Assembly: GCA_963724875.1 (NCBI GenBank)
Contig: CAVRWN010000009.1
Location: forward strand, 73,396 to 137,395
Direction: 5' to 3'
Length of the DNA stretch: 64,000 nucleotides
DNA from: an uncultured Acidobacteriaceae bacterium
GTDB lineage: Bacteria; Acidobacteriota; Terriglobia; Terriglobales; Acidobacteriaceae
The notes under the pieces were generated by a model. That model searched no databases, was not told the origin of the DNA, and was given only the letters and a program-made list of their open reading frames with translations. Made by a program: the position numbers and the translations under genes. Numbering within the stretch: position 1 is the stretch's first letter; each line of letters starts with the position of its first letter. Positions 18,760 through 28,123 of this stretch are shown here, piece by piece.

Positions 18760-21116
18760 ATGGTTCGTTCATACCTGGCTTTTGTGACTCTCGCGCTCGC
18801 GGGCACAGGCCTGGCTCCCCTGATCACTATTTTTGCCAGCAGCTACCTGCAGCACGGCACTTTTCCATGGTCGAAAGTGCCGTTGTATTCGCTGATCGCG
18901 CTCGTCGTCTGCGGACTTGCAGTGCTGCTCCATCAGCTGTTGCTTAGATTGACAGCTGGTTTCGAAGGCGCAGCTTCCGACCAGGCTGTGTTCCTGAGCA
19001 GCGAGCTTCCGGAACGTTGGGTCGGGCTGGCGATTCTGGCTTCTGCTGCTCTGAGTCTCTTTCTGGAGTTGGCGATCATCCGGTGGCAGGCAACCGTGTT
19101 TCCTTTCTTTGCGTTCTACAAGAACCTGTCTTTGCTGTCGTGCTTCGCCGGTCTAGGACTGGGTTATTCCCTGGGACGGCGAGAGCGAGTGCTGTTGTTC
19201 ATGACGTTGCCGCTTCTGTGTTGGCAATTCATTTTTATGCTTGTCATGCATTACGGCATGAGCTGGGCGCAATTCCAGAGTCTGTACATTCTGCCCTTTC
19301 GTGAGCAGTTAAACATGGGATTGCGCGTAACCGCACACTTATACTCCGGCATCCAGACCTACTTCGTGTTGGCGGTTGTATTCGTGTTGACCGCCTTGGC
19401 TTTCATACCCGTCGGACAGCTGTGCGGCTGCCTTCTCGAACGCCGCAATAAGCTGACGGGATACGGCTTCAACCTGTTGGGAAGTCTGGCGGGAGTGCTC
19501 CTGATGTTCGTGGTGAGCGCCTTCTGGACGCCGCCATCGGTCTGGTTCCTGATCGCATTCGCAGTGCTTTTGTGTTTCTACGTTCGTCGACGGTCGATGT
19601 TGGCGATCGGAGCAGGAGTTGCAGTACTGGCCTTGATCGTCCTCGAATGGCCGGTGAGCCCCGGCTTGCAGAGAATATATTCTCCTTACCAACTGCTTGA
19701 GGTCGGCCACAATGCACGCGGCCTGATGGAAATCCGGGCGGCGGGGCAATACTACCAGCGGGTCTACGATTTTCAGCACACAGCCGATAACTTGCCCTCA
19801 AACGCAGCCATCCGTCAGGCCAGGGATTATTACGACCTACCCTACCAGATCGTGCATCAGCCCCAGGATGTCGTGGTGGTTGGAGCGGGAACTGGAAATG
19901 ACGTGGCAGCTGCCCTCCGCCTGGAGCGCAACATGTCGATGCAATCGAGATTGATCCCGCCATTCTTTTGCTGGGGCGCGAGGGTCATCCCGAGCATCCT
20001 TACAGCGACCCCCGGGTTCACGCCGTCGTGAACGACGCGCGTTCTTTTCTTCGCACGACCGATCGGCACTATGACTTGATCGTTTTCGGATTGCTCGATT
20101 CGCATACCCTGTTGAGCCAGGCCTCAAGCGTACGCCTCGATTCTTTCGTATACACCCTACAGGCCATGCGCGAGGCACGAGCGCGGTTGAAACCGCATGG
20201 CATCATGTCGCTTACGTTCTCCATGTTGCACGATCAGTTGGGACGCAAGATTTACTTGATGCTCCAACAGGCTTTTGATGGAAATCCGCCGTTGTGCATT
20301 GAGGTCGGGTATGACGGCGGAGTTGTTTTTCTGGAATCCGAAGACGGCCAGGTATCTCCACCTCCAGCTTTTCTTGCCGCGGGAGGTTTCTCGAACATAA
20401 CTGCTACCTACGCGAACCCCGCTCTGCGTGCGGATGTCTCCACCGATGATTGGCCTTTCTTTTACATGCCGCAGCGGATCTATCCATTTTCCTATCTTGT
20501 GATGGTCGGGCTGGTGCTGGTGCTGTCCTTGGCCTTGACCTCCAGCTTCCTCCCCGGGCGTCCGCAGCCCGCGAGTGTTCCTTTTTTTCTGCTGGGAGCC
20601 GGTTTCATGCTGGTGGAAACCAAGAGCATTACAGAACTCGGACTGACGTTCGGCAACTCGTGGCAGGTGATCGGATTGGTGATTGCCGGAATCCTGGTGA
20701 TGGCGTACTTTGCCAACCTGATTGTGCAGCGCTTCGACATAAGCAACGCCGTAGTTCCCTATGCATTGCTGGTGGCGTCGCTGATGCTGGGTTGGTGGGT
20801 GGCGCGCAGCGGAGGACTGCCTTCAACCTGGACTGGACGGCTCGCAACGCTCGGCTTGCTGACCTGTCCTTTGTTTTTCTCCGGCATCGTGTTTTCGACT
20901 CTCTTGAAAGGCAGGGGCGAAATATCGGGAGCGATCTCGGCAAATCTTTTTGGCGCCATGTGCGGAGGGTTACTGGAATACAACTCCATGTACTTCGGCT
21001 TTCAATTCCTTTACTTAATGGCTGCCGGCTTATACGTTCTGGCCTTCATCTGGGAACTTTTTCGGGTGAGATTTGACCGAGAAGTGGTCGCGCCAGCGGG
21101 CGAATTGGCCGCCTGA
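18760..21116 (+). pseudogene. Membrane-embedded spermidine-synthase-like (class I methyltransferase-fold) protein, interrupted by a 1-nt frameshift near 19918-19923
   Basis: ORF 18760..20031 ends with VVVVGAGTGNDVAAALR and then turns to nonsense. The other frame, open from 19902, continues GAQHVDAIEIDPAILLLGREGHPEHPYSDPRVHAVVNDARSFL... to 21116. Joined, they give the canonical SpeE-like motif flanked by N- and C-terminal TM bundles. Confidence 0.7.
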
Positions 21117-21145
21117 AAATGATTGAAGCTGGCCTCCTCTTCGAA

Positions 21146-21189
21146 ATGTGGGGACAGCCGCCCTCGGCTGTCCAGGAGCGAAGCTCCGC
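21146..21189 (+). repeat. 44-nt REP-like hairpin repeat, copy B
   Basis: ATGTGGGGACAGCCGCCCTCGGCTGTCCAGGAGCGAAGCTCCGC has a perfect 9-bp stem GGACAGCCG/CGGCTGTCC. It lies 30 nt after the stop of the frameshifted gene. Confidence 0.75.
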
Positions 21190-21385
21190 CGCAGCGCCAC
21201 GACGGACGCCCTTGTTCGTTTTTCGTAAAAAGCACTACCTCGAAGTTGCAATCCGGCTCGCAGGTTCTATTATTTCCGCCGCAGCCTTCCCCCATCCCCA
21301 AACTGGGCTATGATTTCATCCTGAAGTCGGGATCCTAGCGGATCCCTCAGCGCCACAATCGCGCTCACCAGAAAGGAACCCAGCC

Positions 21386-22237
21386 ATGTCCACAAAGATG
21401 CTCACTACATTTCCCGACGCTCGCAAGAGCGTCATCATGAAGCCTGACCCAACCCGAATCGATCCCCTTAAGCTGAAGCTCGGCAAACAACCGGCGCGCC
21501 ACGATCCGCGCACTCTGCTGTTCGCCACGTACGCCACCGCCGCTTTGCCTGCTCCGCCTCCCAGCCTCGATCTGACCGCCAAGGTAAAAGTTCCGTGGGG
21601 CATGATGGATAACGCCCAGATCGGCGACTGCACCTGTGCCGCCGCCGGACACCTCATCATGGAGTGGACCGCCAACGCCCAATCCAAAACGGTGACCCCG
21701 ACCGACGCGCAAATCATCGCGGCCTATTCCGCCATCACCGGCTACAACCCCAAGACCGGAGCCAACGACAATGGCGCCCAGGAAATCGATGTCCTCAACT
21801 ACTGGCGGCAAACCGGAATCGCCGGTCACAAGATTCAGGCTTACATGGCTCTCGAACCCTCCAACCACACCCACATCATGGATGGAACCTGGATCTTCGG
21901 CGGCTGCTACATCGGACTGGCTTTGCCGAAGAGCGCCCAGGCCCAGACCAGCAACAAGCAGATCTGGTCCGTCCCTCCGTCCGGCACCGGAGGCGATGGC
22001 GCACCCGGCTCATGGGGCGGACACGCCGTGCCCGTCGTCGCCTACGACTCCCGCAGTCTTACGGTTGTCACCTGGGGCGCGCTGCAAACCACGACCTGGG
22101 GCTTCTGGGCGGCCTACTGCGATGAAGCCTACGCCATTCTCAGCCCGGACTTCCTCGAGCAGAAAAAGGGCCAGCCCGCAACCCCAGATGGATTCGACGT
22201 GCAGCAACTGCTCGAGGACTTGTCCGACTTGAAGTGA
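21386..22237 (+). CDS. Hypothetical protein, predicted papain-like cysteine peptidase
   Basis: Candidate nucleophile in NAQIGDCTCAAAGH, candidate His in SWGGHAVPVVAYD, followed by TWG...TTWGFW. The order and spacing resemble clan CA enzymes. No signal peptide. Confidence 0.5.
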   Translation: MSTKMLTTFPDARKSVIMKPDPTRIDPLKLKLGKQPARHDPRTLLFATYATAALPAPPPSLDLTAKVKVPWGMMDNAQIGDCTCAAAGHLIMEWTANAQSKTVTPTDAQIIAAYSAITGYNPKTGANDNGAQEIDVLNYWRQTGIAGHKIQAYMALEPSNHTHIMDGTWIFGGCYIGLALPKSAQAQTSNKQIWSVPPSGTGGDGAPGSWGGHAVPVVAYDSRSLTVVTWGALQTTTWGFWAAYCDEAYAILSPDFLEQKKGQPATPDGFDVQQLLEDLSDLK

Positions 22238-22291
22238 AGTAGATATACCCAAACCAGCCACTTCCGTGACGGCAGCTTCGGTTCGCAGGAC

Positions 22292-24031
22292 TCACAAGGC
22301 GCTCTGCACTCTCTGCACCACGGATTGCCAGTCGCCGCGCTTCGCCTGCCGGAACAGGCGCATAGTCGGATACCAGGGGCTATCGTCGCGCACCTGGAGC
22401 CAACGCCAGTCAGGTGCGAACGGCAGCAGAACCCAGGTGGAAACGCCGAGCGCCCCTGCCAGATGTGCCGTGGAATTGTCGATGGTTACTACCATGTCCA
22501 TGGCGGCGATCTGTGCCGCGAAAAGGTCGATGTCCAGAAACTGATTGACCAAGCGATCAATGATGATGGGCGCCCCGGCCGCCGCTGCCTGGTTCTGCAG
22601 CACCTCGTGATCCCCGTATTGCAGGCTGATCCATCGGATATCGGGCCGCGCCAACAGCGGAGCCAACAATGACAAGTCGATGGAGCGGTTGCGCCCCGTC
22701 TTCCGGTTATTCGTATGCCACGCCAGCCCCACTAGCCGTTTGCCCTCGCCATCGTCATAACGGGCGCGAAAGCGCTCCCGCGCGATCGGATCGGCCACGA
22801 GGTAGGGCGAGATGGTGGGGGCAAAAGCGGCGTGCGTTGTCCGGAACAGACCGGGCAGACTGCCGCTGGGCAGGTGCGCGCCGATGTCCAGTTCCGGATC
22901 ATTTGCTGCATCCTGCCCCGCGATATGGCCGGAGATCACCTCAACGTCGGGAAAGGAGCGGGCGAAGAGCGGTTTGAGCCGCGCATCGCAATCCAGCACG
23001 CAGCGGTTGCCGGTGCGAACCGCGTCCGGAATAATTCCAGCGAACATGATTTCGTCGCCGATCCCTTGCTCTCCCCAGATCAACACACGCCCTGATGCCA
23101 ACTGCTCACCCCTCCACAGCGGCTGCGGATGCGCCCGCATCGGTGTGTCGTGATCTTGCGTCCGCCAGCGCCACTCAAAGTTCTGCCAGCCCGCGGCGAA
23201 ATCCCCTTGTAGCAGTTGAGCCAGAGACTCGCTGAACCTGGCTTGGGCAAAATCCGGGTCCAGAGCCCGAGCTCGTCTGTACTCCACTAAAGCCTCATCC
23301 AGGTTTCCCAAGGCGTGGAATGCACAGGCTGCGCTGTAGTGGGCCTTGGCGTACCCAGGTTGAACCGCCAGAACCTGCTCGTAACATGCCATGGCGTCCT
23401 CCAGCTTGCCCTGGGACTGGAGGGCGTTTCCCAGGTTATGACGCGCTTCGTGTTTCTCCGGATCCAAGGCCAGCGCCCGCTCATAACATGCCACCGCATC
23501 TTCCAGCTTGTCCTGGGACTGGAACACGTTCCCCAGGTTATAGTGTGCCTCGGCTAGATCGGGCTTGAGAGCCAGCGCGCGCTCATACCGTGCGACCGCA
23601 TCCTCCAGCTTGTTTTGGGCGTGGAGAACATTTCCCAGGTTGTAGTGCGCTTCCGCCAGCTCCGGCTGAAGAGCCATCGCACGCTCATAGGATGCCGCGG
23701 CTTCATCCAGCCTGCCTTGCGCCTGGAACACGGTGCCCAGATTCGAATGATAAGCAGCCACCGTTTGGTTGACCGCAATGGCTTTGCCGATCATACTGAC
23801 GGCGGCCTCTCGGCGGCCCGCCTGGTATTCGATCATCCCGAGCAAATGCAGGCTATCTGCATGGTGCGTATCGATTGCCAGAATCTGACGATATATCTGC
23901 TCAGCTTCCGCCAGTCGTCCCGCACGGTGGTACCGAAGAGCGCCGCTCAACATGGCTTCAATGACTGCGGACGATCTTCTCCTCATCATTCCACCAGTCT
24001 GCTTCACGAAGGTAGGTGGATGGCGGCTCAC
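22292..24031 (-). CDS. TPR-repeat protein fused to a GT9 (heptosyltransferase-like) glycosyltransferase domain
   Basis: About 7 consecutive 34-aa TPR units (AEAHYNLGNV..., AKAHYSAA...). The C-terminal half has WGEQGIGDEIMF and VTIDNSTAHLAGALGVSTWVLLP, resembling GT9. Confidence 0.8.
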   Translation of the reverse strand: MSRHPPTFVKQTGGMMRRRSSAVIEAMLSGALRYHRAGRLAEAEQIYRQILAIDTHHADSLHLLGMIEYQAGRREAAVSMIGKAIAVNQTVAAYHSNLGTVFQAQGRLDEAAASYERAMALQPELAEAHYNLGNVLHAQNKLEDAVARYERALALKPDLAEAHYNLGNVFQSQDKLEDAVACYERALALDPEKHEARHNLGNALQSQGKLEDAMACYEQVLAVQPGYAKAHYSAACAFHALGNLDEALVEYRRARALDPDFAQARFSESLAQLLQGDFAAGWQNFEWRWRTQDHDTPMRAHPQPLWRGEQLASGRVLIWGEQGIGDEIMFAGIIPDAVRTGNRCVLDCDARLKPLFARSFPDVEVISGHIAGQDAANDPELDIGAHLPSGSLPGLFRTTHAAFAPTISPYLVADPIARERFRARYDDGEGKRLVGLAWHTNNRKTGRNRSIDLSLLAPLLARPDIRWISLQYGDHEVLQNQAAAAGAPIIIDRLVNQFLDIDLFAAQIAAMDMVVTIDNSTAHLAGALGVSTWVLLPFAPDWRWLQVRDDSPWYPTMRLFRQAKRGDWQSVVQRVQSAL

Positions 24032-24810
24032 TTGAGTCCATAGAAACGGGAGGAGTGGTCCCCGACGAACTCATACGGCCCGCAGTGGTTTAGTTTGCTC
24101 GCTGCATCAATCCAGATGTCGCCTCCGATCCGCCGCCAGCGCAGGCAAAAAGAATAATCCTCACTCAGATAAGCGCCGCTCTCCGGGTCGATGATGGAAT
24201 CGAAAAGAGCAAAGAGATTCGAACTCCGCACCACATCACGTCGCGAACCCGACATGGGAAGATCATTCACCCGGCTGAACCGAGTTTCCGGATAAGCCGC
24301 AATCATCTGCTCCAGCGCGCCCCGCCGGATCAGTTGAAAACCGCCGCCGGCGTAAAGTCCCGTGACAAAATTTCCGTCTTGCTTGCGTTCCGCCTCAGGC
24401 AAGAAAGTTCCGACATAAGACAGCGCAGCCTGTCGCAAGTTTTCGCCGCGCTCGACGCAGCGCTGCGGGACAAGATCCCAATCCATCGTTTTGAGCGGGT
24501 AAAGCGCCCCGGCAAAGTCCTTGTCAAAGCGCAGCATCCGTTCGACCTGCTGCGGCTCAAAGCTGATATCGGCGTCAACGAGCAACAGATGGGTAGCTGC
24601 AGGACTGTCCAGAAAAGCGGCGACCAGCGTGCTTCGCGCCCGCGAGATCAGGGCATCAGAACCAAGCAGGGTCAGCGACACGTCGAACTCAGCCGATTTC
24701 GCGTAGCTCATCAGCCGTATTACCGACAACATGTAATTCTGCGAAACCATGCCTCCAAAGCATGGCGTAGCGACGAGAATCAAAGGCCGGGTCATCAAAG
24801 TCTCGCTCAT
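24028..24810 (-). CDS. Putative GT-A-fold glycosyltransferase (DxD type)
   Basis: LILVATPCFGGMVSQNYMLSV...ALISRARSTLVAAFLDSPAATHLLLVDADISF. There is a 4-nt overlap with the downstream TPR-GT9 gene. The family assignment is from memory of similar alphaproteobacterial proteins. Confidence 0.6.
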   Translation of the reverse strand: MSETLMTRPLILVATPCFGGMVSQNYMLSVIRLMSYAKSAEFDVSLTLLGSDALISRARSTLVAAFLDSPAATHLLLVDADISFEPQQVERMLRFDKDFAGALYPLKTMDWDLVPQRCVERGENLRQAALSYVGTFLPEAERKQDGNFVTGLYAGGGFQLIRRGALEQMIAAYPETRFSRVNDLPMSGSRRDVVRSSNLFALFDSIIDPESGAYLSEDYSFCLRWRRIGGDIWIDAASKLNHCGPYEFVGDHSSRFYGLK

Positions 24811-24822
24811 CAGCGCCTGCGC

Positions 24823-25119
24823 TTACGCCCAGTCCGAAATGGCGCTGTCCGCGCCCTCTGCATCCAGCCGGTCCTTGCCTTTCTTCCGGCTGCCCTCTTT
24901 CTCCTCATTCCGCGGCTTCGCCTGTTTCTCGGCTTCCTCGCGCGCCCCCAGCTTTACCACGCAAGCTTCTTCAGATTCCGCCTCGCCGGCCAGTTCCGAA
25001 GCAAACTCCAGCAGCTTCCTTCGAGTGCCCTCGGCCGCTCGTTTCGCTGCAGCCCGCTCGGCGGCATAAAGAGCATCCGTCTGGACATTGGGATTTATTT
25101 GATTGGGGTGAACGTGCAT
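24823..25119 (-). CDS. Small charged hypothetical protein (98 aa from MHVHPNQ)
   Basis: The ORF ends 12 nt upstream of the GT-A gene start. It is Ala/Glu/Lys-rich and predicted helical. No recognisable motif. Confidence 0.4.
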   Translation of the reverse strand: MHVHPNQINPNVQTDALYAAERAAAKRAAEGTRRKLLEFASELAGEAESEEACVVKLGAREEAEKQAKPRNEEKEGSRKKGKDRLDAEGADSAISDWA

Positions 25120-25245
25120 GACTTCGCTCCTTCTGCGATCACAGGTTTGCAATCGTCATGCCGAAGTAGGTTCGCGCAGCCCACCCTTGGCCCTAAGTGC
25201 GCAAGCTTTCCTCTTTCCAGTTTAAAATGTCTCTCCGTGCCCGAA

Positions 25246-26793
25246 ATGAAATCGAAGACCACTTTGCGTCCGACGCGCCGCGAATTCGCCCACTCAGCTC
25301 TCGCCGCTGGCGTCGCAGCCGCCCTGCCGGCCAGCCTCTTCTCGGGCTGCAGTGTTTCGAACGCAGCGCGCACGGCGAACTCCGCCGCTCCCACTGGTTC
25401 GCATGCGAAACAATTCGATTCTTCCTCCGAGGTCCCGTTCCCCAAAGGCTTCTTCTGGGGCGCAGCTACCGCCGCCTATCAGATCGAAGGCGCATGGAAC
25501 CAAGACGGCAAGAGCGAATCCATCTGGGACCGCTTCGCGCATACTCCCGGCAAAATCAAGAATGGCGACACCGGCGACACAGCCTGCGATTCCTATCACC
25601 GCTTTAACGAAGACGTTGCGCTCCTGCAGGCGATGAACTTGAACAGCTACCGGTTTTCGATTTCCTGGCCGCGTCTTCAGCCCACCGGCTCCGGCCCCGC
25701 GAATTCCAAGGCGAGCGATTATTACAACCGTCTCATCGATGCTCTGCTCGAAGCCCGAATCCGTCCATTTGTCACTCTCTATCACTGGGACTTACCGCAA
25801 GCTCTCGAAGATGCGGGAGGCTGGCCCACTCGCGACACCGCTTCGCGCTTCGCCGATTACGCCGAGCTCGCAGCGCGTGCCTTCGGCGACCGCGTTTCTG
25901 ATTGGATGTTATTCAACGAGCCTCTGGCTTTCACTTACCGGGGCTATCTCGAAGGTTCTTACGCTCCGGGACGCCAAAGCCTGCTCGACTTCCTGCGCGC
26001 TTCGCATACCGTGAACCGGGCGCAGGGCGCGGGTTTTCGCGCAATGAAAGCAACTCGACCCTCCGCCCGCGTAGGAACGGCACTGAGCATGTCGCCGTGT
26101 GAACCGGCTACGAACTCGGAAGAAGACCATCTCGCGGCCGAGCGCGCCCACGCCGTCACCAACCTGTGGTTTCTCGAACCCGCGCTCAAGGGACGCTATC
26201 CCGAGGCGCTGGTGTTCACTTCGGAAACCGCCATGGGCGTCAAATTCGGCGACCTCGATCAGATGCGCGCCCCACTCGATTTCATCGGTATCAATCTCTA
26301 CTACCGCACCATCGCGTCAGCTCCCAGCGCCTTCGAGCGCATCTCCCACACGCAGCAGTGGCTGTTCCCCGTGAAGATGACGGGAGGCCAGCAAGGCCCG
26401 AAAACCGATAACGGATGGGAGGTCTGGCCGCCGGCTCTCTATGACATGGTCATGCGGATCAGCCGCGACTTCAACCGGCCCCAGCTCGAGATTACCGAGA
26501 ACGGCTGCGCCTACGACGACGGCCCCGACTTGAGCGGCGTAATTCGCGACACTCGCCGCATTGAGTATCACCGGCAATATCTGCAAGCGCTCGCCCGTGC
26601 CATCGCCGACGGCGCCGACGTCCGCGGCTATCATGCCTGGACTCTACTCGATAACTTTGAATGGACGGAGGGTTTCAGCCAGCGCTTCGGCCTGGCCTAC
26701 ACGAACTTCAAGACACAGCAGCGCACACTCAAGGAATCAGGCCGCTGGTATGCGAAAGTGGCTGCGAGGAATGCTCTGCAGCGCTCCGCCTAG
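25246..26793 (+). CDS. Secreted GH1 beta-glucosidase
   Basis: FPKGFFWGAATAAYQIEGAWNQDGK, the acid/base motif LFNEP and the nucleophile motif ITENG. N-terminus MKSKTTLRPTRREFAHSALAAGVAAA is Tat-like. The 819-aa ORF-track entry is an upstream in-frame run-on. Confidence 0.92.
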   Translation: MKSKTTLRPTRREFAHSALAAGVAAALPASLFSGCSVSNAARTANSAAPTGSHAKQFDSSSEVPFPKGFFWGAATAAYQIEGAWNQDGKSESIWDRFAHTPGKIKNGDTGDTACDSYHRFNEDVALLQAMNLNSYRFSISWPRLQPTGSGPANSKASDYYNRLIDALLEARIRPFVTLYHWDLPQALEDAGGWPTRDTASRFADYAELAARAFGDRVSDWMLFNEPLAFTYRGYLEGSYAPGRQSLLDFLRASHTVNRAQGAGFRAMKATRPSARVGTALSMSPCEPATNSEEDHLAAERAHAVTNLWFLEPALKGRYPEALVFTSETAMGVKFGDLDQMRAPLDFIGINLYYRTIASAPSAFERISHTQQWLFPVKMTGGQQGPKTDNGWEVWPPALYDMVMRISRDFNRPQLEITENGCAYDDGPDLSGVIRDTRRIEYHRQYLQALARAIADGADVRGYHAWTLLDNFEWTEGFSQRFGLAYTNFKTQQRTLKESGRWYAKVAARNALQRSA

Positions 26794-27416
26794 TTGGGAA
26801 GTTTCAGCTTGTCGCGCTGCTCCGCAAGCTTCCTCTGCAGTGCCGGATTGACCAGCGAAACCGGAACGCTGACATCACCCACTTTAAATTCGGTGGGGTC
26901 AAACGTCGCGTATCCATCTTTTGATCCCATGTGGCCGGAGATGGTCACCCACACATCTTTTCCCGCGATCTCGGTGAGAAACCGTCCGTGCACCACATCG
27001 CCCTCGTAAGTCACCTGCTGATCTTTGATGTTGGGCTCGCCATCGCCCACTTCCGAGTCCGGCGAAAGTCCCCCACCTCCCGCGGATTGAGCAGCCTGCA
27101 GCAAGGCGCTGATCCCGCCGGAACCGAACTGAGGCTGAGCTTTCGGCTGAGGACTCGAAGCGACGGCCGGCTGACTCTGCGACGGCGTCAGAGCCTGCGC
27201 CGGAGCTGCCGCATAGCTTCCGCTGGATACCGGCGAAGCCTGCTGCGTAGTTTGTTCGCGCTGCTCCATCGGTTGCCCAGACGACTGGGCCGGAGCCGCG
27301 GCCGCTGCCGGGGCCTGCACCACCACCGGCGTCGGCTTCTTCAATACCAGAACAATCGCCAAAAGCGCGGCAAAGAGCGTCGCAATGCTGATAATGCGGT
27401 CAAGCTTGAGTTTCAT
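26790..27416 (-). CDS. Membrane-anchored hypothetical protein with a low-complexity Ala/Pro/Gln linker
   Basis: N-terminal TM helix IISIATLFAALLAIVLVL and a compact C-terminal domain. Its stop overlaps the beta-glucosidase stop within CTAG (26790-26793). Confidence 0.6.
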   Translation of the reverse strand: MKLKLDRIISIATLFAALLAIVLVLKKPTPVVVQAPAAAAAPAQSSGQPMEQREQTTQQASPVSSGSYAAAPAQALTPSQSQPAVASSPQPKAQPQFGSGGISALLQAAQSAGGGGLSPDSEVGDGEPNIKDQQVTYEGDVVHGRFLTEIAGKDVWVTISGHMGSKDGYATFDPTEFKVGDVSVPVSLVNPALQRKLAEQRDKLKLPN

Positions 27417-27533
27417 GAAAACTCTCGAACGGTCAGCCGGACAGACAGGCCCAGCCTCATCCTAGCGGGAACAGGAGGCAGGAAGCAGATGGCAGAAGTC
27501 ACAACCCAAGATAGTACCTAGGTCACCTTGTAG

Positions 27534-28119
27534 TGTAGGACCGGGTCTCTGACCCGGTCGCAGCCCGAAGGGCTGCCAGTTCTCCCGTCCAGAGCCTCAC
27601 AACACTGGAATCTTTCCCTTCCACAGCTACCGATATTCGCCCTCAGACCTCACCAGCCCGGCCCGCACCGGATTCTCGCAAATGTAATCGACCTTGCCGA
27701 CCAAACTCTCATTCGACCGAAGAACGTGATCGAAAAATTCTTCCTGCCAGACTGGTCCCGTGCGTCCGAGCATATGATTGATTCGCCACGCCGCCGCTCC
27801 TTTGATGGCCTTCATGATCTCGGGCAGGCTGTAGCTCCACCCATCGTCCCGTCGCAACGGCGAGTAGATCAAATGGACGTGGTCGGGCATCACCACCACG
27901 ACATGAAGGTTGAATTGGCTACCGTTCTGTTTCAGACAGGAGTCGAGCACGACATCACGCGCCGCTAAGGGAAGCTTCCATCGGTCCTTGGTGGCGAAGG
28001 TTACGAAGAGAGGATGATCGTCTTTTTGAAGATGAGGGAGACGACGACGGTAGTCATATTTCGGCTGCATACTGCCTCGGCCCTGCGGGCCGCGACCGGG
28101 TCAGAGACCCGGTCCTACA
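27534..28119 (-). mobile_element. REP-RAYT module: Y1 transposase gene bracketed by inverted REP hairpins
   Basis: TGTAGGACCGGGTCTCTGACCCGGTCGC at 27534-27561 is the perfect reverse complement of 28092-28119. Each copy is followed by a second GC hairpin: GCAGCCCGAAGGGCTGC on the left and GGCCCTGCGGGCC on the right. Confidence 0.8.
27627..28070 (-). CDS. REP-associated tyrosine transposase (RAYT; IS200/IS605-type Y1 HUH transposase)
   Basis: RRRLPHL, the HUH motif in PDHVHLIYSP, and a catalytic Tyr context VDYICENPVRAGLV. 147 aa. Confidence 0.85.
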   Translation of the reverse strand: MQPKYDYRRRLPHLQKDDHPLFVTFATKDRWKLPLAARDVVLDSCLKQNGSQFNLHVVVVMPDHVHLIYSPLRRDDGWSYSLPEIMKAIKGAAAWRINHMLGRTGPVWQEEFFDHVLRSNESLVGKVDYICENPVRAGLVRSEGEYR

Positions 28120-28123
28120 CATT

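Noticed and set aside
18599-18787. Short ORFs 18599..18787 (+), 21119..21313 (+), 21123..21338 (+) and 18552..18827 (-).
   Set aside because: They are translations of the 44-nt hairpin repeat and its flanks (GQPSSAVQERSSAA). They are non-coding repeat sequence.
24334-25245. N-terminal ~300 codons of the 819-aa ORF 24334..26793.
   Set aside because: This part is antisense to the GT-A gene and the small charged protein gene, and it has no protein-like sequence. The GH1 enzyme starts at the ATG at 25246, which has a Tat-like signal peptide.
26790-26793. Convergent genes sharing the stop codons within CTAG.
   Set aside because: This is a real but trivial consequence of the palindromic CTAG. No functional implication can be supported.
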